Source: Candidatus Nanoarchaeia archaeon (GTDB lineage Bacteria; Patescibacteriota; Microgenomatia; Woykebacterales; RBG-16-39-9b). From it: a stretch of DNA of 64,000 nt. The stretch lies in contig DATBWR010000004.1 in assembly GCA_036514715.1 (NCBI GenBank), positions 9,147 through 73,146 on the forward strand, written 5' to 3'. The notes below the pieces were generated by a model. That model was not told the origin of the DNA and searched no databases. It saw only the letters and a program-made list of their open reading frames with translations. The position numbers and the translations under genes are program-made. Of the stretch, positions 8,783 through 16,633 are shown one piece after another (the first letter of the stretch is position 1; each line of letters starts with the position of its first letter).

Positions 8783-9033
8783 AAGTTTTGGTAGTCTACG
8801 ATATTTCCCAAGACAAGGAGCGGGGAAAAGTTGCCGAGATTTGTCTGGATTACGGTCTGGAAAGAATTCAGAAGAGTGCTTTTCTTGGCGAACTTAGCGA
8901 AACTTTACGACAGCGGTTGGTGGGAGAATTGAAGGAAAAGCTAGTAGGTAAAACCTTTAACCTGCAGGTATTTGAGTTAGATAAGAATTCTGCTAAGAAG
9001 AGATTAGTTTTTGAGGCAAAAAAGAAGGGGTAA
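8779..9033 (+). CDS. cas2: CRISPR-associated endoribonuclease Cas2
   Basis: 84 aa beginning MKVLVVYDISQDKERGKVAEI...QKSAF. Overlaps cas1 by 4 nt (ATGA). Confidence 0.9.
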   Translation: MKVLVVYDISQDKERGKVAEICLDYGLERIQKSAFLGELSETLRQRLVGELKEKLVGKTFNLQVFELDKNSAKKRLVFEAKKKG

Positions 9034-9056
9034 TAGCTATCTGGCTACTACCCCTT
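9025..9056. terminator. bidirectional terminator hairpin between the convergent cas2 and effector genes
   Basis: AAGGGGTA (9025-9032) pairs with TACCCCTT (9049-9056) around a 16-nt loop. The hairpin spans both stop codons. It is T-rich on the minus-strand side (CTTCTTTTTTGC). Confidence 0.6.
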
Positions 9057-10497
9057 TGACGAATAACTCCTGTGCTCGACGGGCCAAGTTTAAGGCAGTG
9101 TTGAAACCGGTGTTGTGCCGTGTTCCGCAATTACCGCAATAAACAGTGGGTCCCTTCAGAGAGATTGGTTGATCACCTTCTTTATTGGCCGCTCCGCAAG
9201 TTGAACAAAGCATCTTGGCTGTTGCCGAGTAGACCGAATAAGGTTTAGGCAAACCTTCCTTAACCGCTTTGTAGCTGGTCAGATCGGCGAGTTTCCCAAA
9301 TGGCCAGTATGACAACCTCAGGTTGAGCCGGGGATTGTATCTACCTTTGGGGATGTTGCCTACCTGCTCGACGGCAGGAACGGATTTGAACCTTAAGGCT
9401 TCTTCGACAATCTGTGCCACCTGACGGTAGTGGAAAGTTTCCAGCTCCTGGGAAAAGGGTCCGCCTCGCCGGCGCAGACGTTCCAACCGAGCAAAGTAGG
9501 TTTTCTCGTACCGCCTTGCTGGTTCCTGACGTTGGTGGACGACATTTCCATCACGATTGATAACTACCACGGTTACTAGATGTTCCAAACCAAAAGATAC
9601 ACCCATGAAGTTTTCCACTTCAAGTAGTGGTTTGGTGGGGATCTCACAAGCGACATTGACGAAAATTCTGCCGTTACGTACCAAGAGTTCCACTCGTTTG
9701 GGTTGGAAGTCTTTCTCACGCAGTAGCACTTCCGAGAGCCACTTTTTGTCTGAACGACGGTGAGTTGCTTTCCAAGTGGGTGGGTTATTCTCGCCTCGTA
9801 TGAAAGTAGCCTCACCCCACTTATCAAACTGAAGTGGAAGTAACAAACCGCTTGTTGAGCGGCTTAGACGGGCAATTTCTTTCTCTCCAAAAACCTGCAG
9901 CGCTGGTCCGCGGTCGGGATCGTAGTTATTGGTGATGTCTTCCTGGTGACTACCTCTTGGGAAAAGAGGAAGGTAGAGATAAAGCTGGCCGGTAATTGAT
10001 TGTTCGTAGCAAACGAACGCCCCTGTCCAGACGATTGGAAACTGATCGCCTATACTTGGATAGCTGGTTTTATCCGTAAATTGCGGGTCCAGTTTCCGCT
10101 TCGCATACGAGAGCAGCAAGTCTGCGACCTTGTGGCGCAAACCGTTTTTAACAGCGGAACCAAGTTGGTAACCCCTGAAAGGGGCAATCTCTTCCAGCTT
10201 TCTTAAGACCCGCATATGTCCAGCCGTTCTTTTGATAGGCCGACCCTCTTTATCAAGAAGTTTTTTGCCGTCTGGATCAGTAGGTTCCCACCAAAGTAGT
10301 TCTTGGTAAGGTTCGAACCAACGCAAGCAGTCGGCAGCTGCCTTTCGAACCGATTGGTTAACCCCAAGTAGAAGGGACAATTTTTTCTGGGGCAACCATT
10401 GCCGCCGCCAAAGCTCGCTGCGGGTTCGATTTTCCGGTAAGTCGTTGAGGGGCAAAGACATTGCCAAAGTCAGGTGCAGAGTGTTTTCTTCTGCCAA
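9037..10497 (-). CDS. miniature TnpB/Cas12f(Cas14)-like type V effector candidate (486 aa) with apparently degenerate RuvC catalytic motifs
   Basis: RuvC-I-like MGVSFGLEHLVTVVV. RuvC-II-like AVEQVGNI. LSYWPFGKLADLTSYKAVKEGLP block. Zinc finger CSTCG...CGNCG, followed by HNTGFNTALNLARRA (cf. HxDxNAAxNIARR). The canonical Asp positions read S and G/T. Good SD sequence AAAGGAGAGAG before the ATG. Coding sequence has higher GC (~50%) than cas1/cas2. Confidence 0.7.
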   Translation of the reverse strand: MAEENTLHLTLAMSLPLNDLPENRTRSELWRRQWLPQKKLSLLLGVNQSVRKAAADCLRWFEPYQELLWWEPTDPDGKKLLDKEGRPIKRTAGHMRVLRKLEEIAPFRGYQLGSAVKNGLRHKVADLLLSYAKRKLDPQFTDKTSYPSIGDQFPIVWTGAFVCYEQSITGQLYLYLPLFPRGSHQEDITNNYDPDRGPALQVFGEKEIARLSRSTSGLLLPLQFDKWGEATFIRGENNPPTWKATHRRSDKKWLSEVLLREKDFQPKRVELLVRNGRIFVNVACEIPTKPLLEVENFMGVSFGLEHLVTVVVINRDGNVVHQRQEPARRYEKTYFARLERLRRRGGPFSQELETFHYRQVAQIVEEALRFKSVPAVEQVGNIPKGRYNPRLNLRLSYWPFGKLADLTSYKAVKEGLPKPYSVYSATAKMLCSTCGAANKEGDQPISLKGPTVYCGNCGTRHNTGFNTALNLARRAQELFVKGVVAR

Positions 10498-10553
10498 TTT
10501 CTCTCTCCTTTGGAAAATTGGTATTTAGTTTTGGTGTGCTTGAGGCAAGCCAA

Positions 10554-10582
10554 AGTATATACTACTATAAGACAAAATGCAA
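10554..10582 (-). promoter_or_regulatory. near-consensus sigma70-type promoter driving the effector gene
   Basis: On the minus strand: TTGCAT (10582-10577), 17-nt spacer, TATACT (10559-10554), about 50 nt upstream of the effector ATG. Confidence 0.55.
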
Positions 10583-10628
10583 TCGGTCAGTGTTTGGGTT
10601 TGTGGAAAGATTTGGATAAAAAAAGAAC

Positions 10629-11201
10629 TTAAAGACGGGTTTGGCAAGAGTCGCAGACTGCCCGCGCAACAAATTGGTGGCTGTCAGGGCTAGTTGAGTC
10701 GGCTCGGAGTTCAAAAACAACATTCGCACCGCAGTGAGGACACTTGTAAAAATTCAAAAAGGGGTAATCTTGGGAGAGTTTGATCACGTCCCCGTAACTG
10801 TCACGTGGAGAAATACGGTAAGTTCTTAACACTGTAGCGTCGGTCAACTCTTTAATCTTGGAAATAATCTCGTTAGGAGAAAAGTTGGTTTTAAGCAAGT
10901 AATCGCGAGCTCCTAAGGAAAGCGCTTTTTTAATATTCTCATCATTGGCAACATTACTTAAAACAATTACCGGGATTGTTTTGAGTTTGGGGTTAGCAGC
11001 TAGAAACTCTAAAACTTGGAGACCGCTCACCTTTGGCATCAAAATATCAAGAAGGATAAGATCAGGGCTAACAGAAGCGATTTTATCAATCGCCTCCTGA
11101 CCGTCAGCAGCGGTTTCAACTAGGTAACCCTCAAAGGTCAGCCGGTCGGAATAAATTTTTCGGAGAATTTCTTCATCATCCGCGATTAATATTTTTTTCA
11201 T
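10629..11201 (-). CDS. response regulator: REC domain fused to a C-terminal Cys4 zinc ribbon (no HTH output domain)
   Basis: REC motifs ILIADDEE, DLILLDILMP, VIVLSNVAN. C-terminus CPHCGANVVFELRADSTSPDSHQFVARAVCDSCQTRL. Confidence 0.8.
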   Translation of the reverse strand: MKKILIADDEEILRKIYSDRLTFEGYLVETAADGQEAIDKIASVSPDLILLDILMPKVSGLQVLEFLAANPKLKTIPVIVLSNVANDENIKKALSLGARDYLLKTNFSPNEIISKIKELTDATVLRTYRISPRDSYGDVIKLSQDYPFLNFYKCPHCGANVVFELRADSTSPDSHQFVARAVCDSCQTRL

Positions 11202-12622
11202 GGCAAGTTTTTAACCTGTGGTAAAACGAAAGCAAAGGTGCTTCCTTTTCCTTCCTCAGAGGCAAACCAAAGCTTACCCTTTTGTTTCTCAACTAACTGT
11301 TTGACTGTGTACAATCCTAATCCGGTGCCGGTAGAAGCTTTACTGAGAGGATTTTCAACTCGGGAAAACTTCTTAAACAGATCTTTCTGGCGATTTTTTG
11401 GGATGCCAACACCACTATCCTTGACCAAAAACCAAACACCCTCTGAGTTAGTCATGACCCTGGCTTGTATTGTACCGCCCTCAAAAGTGTATTTCAAGGC
11501 ATTATCAAGAAGGTTGCTCATGATTTCCTTAGTTTTGTCGGGGTCAACCCAGACCTCGTGTTGATTGTTGTCCAGAGACAGAAGAAGATTTTGGGATTTC
11601 CTACCTGCCTGCATTTTTAAGCTTTCGACAACCTCTTTGGCAATTGTGCCTAGATCAACTGCTTGGATCTTGAACTGAATTCTTCCTTGTTCGAGTCGGG
11701 AGATATTCAGTAAATCATTAACTAGATTGATCATGCGGTCATTAGCCACGGAAAGCAAGTTTAAATATTCTGTTTGTTTCGAATTTAAAGGTCCGGCCAC
11801 ATTGTCGGCCAAGAGTTCAATTAAGCCTTTGATTTCCGAAAGCGGCGTGCGTAGCTGGTGTGAAGCAATGGAGATAAGGTCATTACGCATCTCCTCGAGT
11901 TCCTTTTCTCGGCTGACATCACGAAAAACGACAATACCGCCAACGATAATACCTTTTTGATTTCTGATCGGTGAGGAGTTAACCGCAACGGGTACTCTGT
12001 TCTGATTAGCTGTGACCATTACCGTTTCAGAGGGCAAGTTGAAAGACTTGCCTTCCAGTAAAACCTTGTCAATGAAGCTTCCGTATGGAGTTTTAGTTTT
12101 TAGATCAACGAATTGCAAAATCTGGTCATAGCGCTGCCTCAGAACCTGATCTCTGGAGAAACCCACCAGCTGCTCAGCCGCGTGGTTAAAGACAATTATT
12201 TCACTTCTTAAATTGACGGCGAAAACGCCTTCACCAACGTTTAGTAGAATTGCTTCCGCTCGGTCTTTGGATTCTTCAGCAACCCTAATTCTTTCTTTGA
12301 GAGCGTTGCGGAAGGTCTCTAGTGACCTGACTACTTCCCCAAACTCATCACTACTTTTTGACTCAATTGTCTCCTCCAGATTAGTTGTTATTAAGCGCAG
12401 AAGGAGATGAGTGTAAAACCCAAGTTTCTTTTTAGCGATGCTGGTTAAGATAAAAGCCAGTATTACAAACAAGGAAAGAAAAACAGCCAAGATCGGCAGA
12501 AGATTAATAACAACAAAACTTTCAGGAAGCAGCCAGATGACAATGAGCTCTCCTAAGGTAAGGAGAGAAACGATTAAAACTGTTTTTGGAACAATACCGA
12601 CTTTAAACATGAGCAGACTCAA
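11198..12622 (-). CDS. sensor histidine kinase with PAS domain (2 TM, PAS, HisKA, HATPase_c)
   Basis: PAS-like NVGEGVFAVNLRSEIIVFNHAAEQLVGFSRDQV. H-box SIASHQLRTPLSEIKGLIELL. N/G boxes LLDNALKYT, DSGVGIP, GTGLGLYTVKQLVE. Its stop overlaps the response-regulator start by 4 nt. Start is TTG at 12622 or ATG at 12610. Confidence 0.85.
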   Translation of the reverse strand: MSLLMFKVGIVPKTVLIVSLLTLGELIVIWLLPESFVVINLLPILAVFLSLFVILAFILTSIAKKKLGFYTHLLLRLITTNLEETIESKSSDEFGEVVRSLETFRNALKERIRVAEESKDRAEAILLNVGEGVFAVNLRSEIIVFNHAAEQLVGFSRDQVLRQRYDQILQFVDLKTKTPYGSFIDKVLLEGKSFNLPSETVMVTANQNRVPVAVNSSPIRNQKGIIVGGIVVFRDVSREKELEEMRNDLISIASHQLRTPLSEIKGLIELLADNVAGPLNSKQTEYLNLLSVANDRMINLVNDLLNISRLEQGRIQFKIQAVDLGTIAKEVVESLKMQAGRKSQNLLLSLDNNQHEVWVDPDKTKEIMSNLLDNALKYTFEGGTIQARVMTNSEGVWFLVKDSGVGIPKNRQKDLFKKFSRVENPLSKASTGTGLGLYTVKQLVEKQKGKLWFASEEGKGSTFAFVLPQVKNLP

Positions 12623-12627
12623 ATCTA

Positions 12628-12766
12628 TTATAACGTTCTTACGTTACAAGAGCGAACGATGTAATCGCGAGGCGATTATAACTTGCCACAAGTTACAAGA
12701 AGCAAGATATAATCTTGCGATTATAGCTCGCTAGAGCTACAGAAGGCGAGGGTTAACCCGAAGCGG
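12628..12766. repeat. three imperfect tandem direct repeats of ~45-48 bp in a divergent intergenic region
   Basis: Units start at 12628, 12676 and 12721: TTATAAC-N9/10-TTACAAGA(A)GC...TAATC(N)GCGA. Includes inverted repeat TAATCGC-GAG-GCGATTA. Confidence 0.6.
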
Positions 12767-12830
12767 TCTATACCCTCATACCCAGCAAGGTTATGGTATC
12801 ATTAAGGCGCTTTCACGACCGCGGGCAGTT

Positions 12831-13940
12831 ATGGGTAAAAGGAGTAGGTTACTAAAAGGTAAACTAACGGATTTGACCAAGCCAGAAAAGCCCAAGTTAC
12901 GGGCTGTCTTGGTGGTTCTTTTGGTGGCCACTATTATAAGCACTAGCGCTCTTGTTCTAAGCTATTCCAACTTCACCCCAAAATTTTTACCTCAAAGTTA
13001 CTTATTTGCTTTGGACAGTCTAATTGCGAAGTTACCACTGTTACCAAAAACCCCCAGGCAAGTTCTGGCTGCCGCTATCCTTAAAAACCGCACTCTTACC
13101 TCTTACACATTCTCAGCGAACCTTTTGGTTAAACTTCCTAACGGAAACTCTCTTGCTAATATCACTATGAGCGGAGAATTTTCGGACCTTGTAGACTCTA
13201 AGAGCCAAGCGCAAGCGACTCTTATGGGCAAAATTAGCGAATTCTTTGTCGGGGAAATTAACCTTAGAACAATAGAACTGTCTGACGACTTTTACTTTCT
13301 TGTTGAAAAAGCCCCTCCTTTCCCTGGTTATAACCTAAACCGATTGGTGGGGGATTGGCAAAAGGTTAATTTACCCAAGTTTCAGAATAACCTTGGAACT
13401 TCTTCCAAAACCGACGCACAGATCGTTAAGGACGTTCGTGTCCAGATGGAAAGTTTCTATACTGGTTTAATTGGAGAAGCTTTATCGCAAACTGAGGATT
13501 TTAGGCAGATTGAAGAAAAAGGTAGCCAGTATTATCGGATTACTTTGACCCCGCCAGTACAAAACTTAGGGGAAGTCCTGAATTTTGGTGAGGCTCTTGA
13601 GACTCGAGAAGTACAGATAAAGATTTTCATTAACAAAGGAAACTTTAACTTAACCAAGATAAGTGTCGAAGCTAAGCTCTTACCGAAGGAAGCTGGGTTG
13701 GACGAACAATTGGTTGAAGTAGCCTTTGATTACCAGATTGCGCCGGTGTCCGAAGCTAAGATACTTACTCCCCCACCCGAGTTTTCGGAAATCTCTGGAC
13801 CTTTGGATCTAACGATCAGGCTCTTACCAGAGGCAGACCAAGTTACACCTGACAATTTACGGATTGGGGAGACTGGCGAAAACTTTCTGACACTGGAGCG
13901 TTTGTTGAAGGTTTTATTGCTCTTACCTAAGTCGTTGTAA
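12831..13940 (+). CDS. hypothetical exported/membrane-anchored protein
   Basis: 369-aa ORF with N-terminal TM segment AVLVVLLVATIISTSALVL. Confidence 0.5.
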   Translation: MGKRSRLLKGKLTDLTKPEKPKLRAVLVVLLVATIISTSALVLSYSNFTPKFLPQSYLFALDSLIAKLPLLPKTPRQVLAAAILKNRTLTSYTFSANLLVKLPNGNSLANITMSGEFSDLVDSKSQAQATLMGKISEFFVGEINLRTIELSDDFYFLVEKAPPFPGYNLNRLVGDWQKVNLPKFQNNLGTSSKTDAQIVKDVRVQMESFYTGLIGEALSQTEDFRQIEEKGSQYYRITLTPPVQNLGEVLNFGEALETREVQIKIFINKGNFNLTKISVEAKLLPKEAGLDEQLVEVAFDYQIAPVSEAKILTPPPEFSEISGPLDLTIRLLPEADQVTPDNLRIGETGENFLTLERLLKVLLLLPKSL

Positions 13941-13961
13941 AAAATTAAGAAGGATTTTTCC

Positions 13962-13991
13962 TTGACACTTTTCCCTATCCCCTGTTAATAT
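13962..13991 (+). promoter_or_regulatory. promoter of the ArsR-family regulator gene
   Basis: TTGACA (13962-13967), 18-nt spacer, TAATAT (13986-13991). The -10 hexamer lies inside the palindrome at 13985-14014. Confidence 0.5.
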
Positions 13992-14014
13992 ATGAATAGT
14001 TATTCATATATTAA
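13985..14014. promoter_or_regulatory. 30-bp perfect palindrome (ArsR/SmtB-type 12-2-12 operator candidate), copy 1
   Basis: TTAATATATGAATA-GT-TATTCATATATTAA. Core ATATATGAATA-NN-TATTCATATAT recurs at 23997-24020, 36496-36519 and 63751-63774. Confidence 0.7.
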
Positions 14015-14026
14015 CCTAGTCTGCCG

Positions 14027-14392
14027 ATGAACAAACAAACTGTTAGTAAAACCCGCAGCCGACCCCTAACCCCTACTCTGACAGCTTTAAAAATCAAGAA
14101 TTTACAAGAAATTTTGTCAAAGAACGGTAGTTTCCAAAGGGAAAGAAATTTGGCCGAAATAGTTAGTGGCGAAACCCGTCTGAAAATCTTGTACGCACTG
14201 GCCCGTGAAAATTATCTCTCGGTCAGTGATATTGCCGATATTCTGAAATCCAAGCAGAGTGGGGTTTCCCACCAATTAGCTATCCTGCGAAAAGAAGGTT
14301 TAGTCAAGACCAAAAAGAGACAACGGCTAGTTTTTTATTCGCTAACTAAGCCTTTACCAAAATTGATTTGGGCAGCAGTAGATTTGCGCTAA
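14027..14392 (+). CDS. ArsR/SmtB-family winged-helix transcriptional regulator (no Cys, so probably not a thiolate metal sensor)
   Basis: TRLKILYALARENYLSVSDIADILKSKQSGVSHQLAILRKEGLV is an ArsR-type HTH with a conserved recognition helix. Confidence 0.75.
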   Translation: MNKQTVSKTRSRPLTPTLTALKIKNLQEILSKNGSFQRERNLAEIVSGETRLKILYALARENYLSVSDIADILKSKQSGVSHQLAILRKEGLVKTKKRQRLVFYSLTKPLPKLIWAAVDLR

Positions 14393-14443
14393 GATTGTGG
14401 AGACTTTTTTATAAACTATTCATAAGAAAAGGGGGAAAACTGC

Positions 14444-15475
14444 ATGTATAAGCTAGCAATTAACGGTTTTGGAAGAATTGGCCGGAGCGCTTTTAAGGTT
14501 GCTATTGATAAACACAGCAGTGAAATTGAAATTGTCGGCATTAACGATCTTACCTCTCCAACTGTTTTAGCTCATCTTTTGAAATACGACAGCGTCTATG
14601 GTTTGTATAACCACGAAGTTGGTAGTGATGCACAAAATGTAATCGTTGACGGTAAAAAATTTCGAGTTTATGCGGAAAAGGATCCGACTGCCCTGCCTTG
14701 GGGCCAACTTGGTGTGGATATTGTTATCGAGTCTACGGGTCGGTTTACTGATCTTGAAGGGGCAAGTGCCCATATTAAAGCCGGCGCCAAGAGAGTGGTT
14801 ATTTCCGCACCAGCCAAAGGAGAAGGTGTTGGTACGTACTTAATTGGTGTTAACGCACAAAATGATAGTGGGCAGCAGAGAGTAATTAACAACGCTTCCT
14901 GCACCACCAACTGTATCGCTCCAGTGGCGGCTGTCATGAGCGCTAAATTCGGAATCTTAAAGGCCATGATGACGACTGTGCACTCAGTAACTGCCGAACA
15001 AAACTTGGTTGACGGTCCCCCACCCGGCGGAAAGTCAACTGACCTGCGACGAGCTCGGGCTGCTTACGTCAACATTATTCCCACTACCACCGGAGCAGCT
15101 GTCGCCACAACCGAAGCAATTCCAGAACTAAAAGGCTTGTTTGACGGGGCTTCCCTGCGAGTCCCAACTATTTGTGGATCAATCTCCGACTTTACTTTTC
15201 TGGTAAAGACAAAAGTGACTGTTGAAGATGTTAATAATGCCTTTAAGGAGGCAGCCCAAACACCTCTTTTAAAAGGAGTTTTGGCCTTCAGCGAAGAACC
15301 TTTGGTTTCTAGTGACATTATTGGTCGAACCGAAAGCGCTGTTGTTGATCTGTTCCTAACTAAGGTTGTTGACGGCGACATGGTGAAAGTTTTTGCTTGG
15401 TACGATAACGAACTAGGTTATTCCCATCGGTTGGTTGAACAAGTAATTCATGCGGCCAGTTTAATTAAAACTTAG
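14444..15475 (+). CDS. gap: glyceraldehyde-3-phosphate dehydrogenase
   Basis: INGFGRIGR NAD-binding motif and the active-site SCTTNC. Confidence 0.95.
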   Translation: MYKLAINGFGRIGRSAFKVAIDKHSSEIEIVGINDLTSPTVLAHLLKYDSVYGLYNHEVGSDAQNVIVDGKKFRVYAEKDPTALPWGQLGVDIVIESTGRFTDLEGASAHIKAGAKRVVISAPAKGEGVGTYLIGVNAQNDSGQQRVINNASCTTNCIAPVAAVMSAKFGILKAMMTTVHSVTAEQNLVDGPPPGGKSTDLRRARAAYVNIIPTTTGAAVATTEAIPELKGLFDGASLRVPTICGSISDFTFLVKTKVTVEDVNNAFKEAAQTPLLKGVLAFSEEPLVSSDIIGRTESAVVDLFLTKVVDGDMVKVFAWYDNELGYSHRLVEQVIHAASLIKT

Positions 15476-15490
15476 TTCCAAGAACGTTAG

Positions 15491-15940
15491 ATGAAAATTT
15501 ATTTAGCTTCCGATCATGGAGGATTTGAACTTAAAGAGAAAATAAAAAAACATCTTGAAGAAGCTGGTAGGCAGGTAATTGATTTGGGTCCGGAAGAACT
15601 GAACCCAGAAGATGATTTTCCGGATTTTGCTGTTCCCCTGGCTGAAAAAGTGGCACAGGACCAAGAAAATCTGGGAATTGTCTTGTGTCGTAACGGTGTT
15701 GGTGTCGAAGTAGCCGCTAACAAAATTGATGGTGTGAGAGCAGCTTTGTCTTGGGAACCGCAACACGCCGCCAGCAGTCGAGAAGATGATAATTCCAATG
15801 TTTTGGCACTACCTGCCGATTATTTAGAAGAGAAAAAAGCTTTTGAAATAGTTGATAAATGGGTTTCCACACCTTACAAAGGCGAGGCGCGTTTTGAAAG
15901 ACGGCTGAAAAAAATTGAAAAGGAGGAAGATGAGCGTTGA
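15491..15940 (+). CDS. rpiB: ribose-5-phosphate isomerase B (RpiB/LacAB family)
   Basis: MKIYLASDHGG...GIVLCRNGVGVEVAANK. Confidence 0.85.
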   Translation: MKIYLASDHGGFELKEKIKKHLEEAGRQVIDLGPEELNPEDDFPDFAVPLAEKVAQDQENLGIVLCRNGVGVEVAANKIDGVRAALSWEPQHAASSREDDNSNVLALPADYLEEKKAFEIVDKWVSTPYKGEARFERRLKKIEKEEDER

Positions 15941-16616
15941 AATACTCCCGGCCATTTTAAGTAAGACTTCCTCAGATTATCATCGCAAACTAAAGGCAAT
16001 CGAACCTCACGCCTCTTGGGTGCAAATTGATATTGTTGACAACGTTTATGCGCGTAACCAAACTATTGACGCCAAGGTTGTTGCTTCGATCCGTACCCGC
16101 TTAAAACTGGAAATCCACCTAATGGTCGAGCACATCGAAAACTGGTTAGATCCGTTTTTAGCGATTCGGCCGGCTCGTATTGTTTTCCCTTTGGAAGCTT
16201 CTTACGAGCCGATACAGCTGGTTAGGCATATGAAGGCCCACCAAATGCCGTTTGGATTTTCCATCGAGCCGAAAACCTCAGCTGAGAGCTTGCAACATTT
16301 AGTCGATAAAATTGATATTGCCCTACTACTTGCCGTCCACCCGGGGTTTTCCGGCCAACATTTCGCCTTTGGTGTTTTGGAAAAAATCAGAAAATTGCGG
16401 GCGATGCGACCCGATCTTTTAATCGAAGTGGATGGTGGGATTGAGCCTGACACCGCTGCCAAATGTGCTGCTGTTGGTGCTAACGTACTAGCCGCCGGTA
16501 GTTTTATTTTCGATAATGATAAAATGGATGGAGCTACTTACAACGAGAAGGTTAGGAACGCTTACTCTACGCTGAAAGAAGCGGTGGCAGATGTAATACC
16601 AGAAGAGGGTGCCTAA
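15930..16616 (+). CDS. rpe: ribulose-phosphate 3-epimerase (likely start ATG at 15930, after RBS AAAGGAGGAAG)
   Basis: VQIDIVDNVYARNQTI, HLMVEH, VHPGFSGQHF, DGGIEPDTAAKCAAVGANVLAAGSFIF. Confidence 0.8.
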   Translation: MSVEILPAILSKTSSDYHRKLKAIEPHASWVQIDIVDNVYARNQTIDAKVVASIRTRLKLEIHLMVEHIENWLDPFLAIRPARIVFPLEASYEPIQLVRHMKAHQMPFGFSIEPKTSAESLQHLVDKIDIALLLAVHPGFSGQHFAFGVLEKIRKLRAMRPDLLIEVDGGIEPDTAAKCAAVGANVLAAGSFIFDNDKMDGATYNEKVRNAYSTLKEAVADVIPEEGA

Positions 16617-16633
16617 AAAGGAGGTGAAAAGCT

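Noticed and set aside
9037-10497. Considered calling the effector an IS200/IS605 TnpB transposon copy
   Set aside because: There is no tnpA, no flanking inverted repeats or omega-RNA-like 3' end, and it is tightly embedded with cas1-cas2 and an array, so CRISPR association is the better reading.
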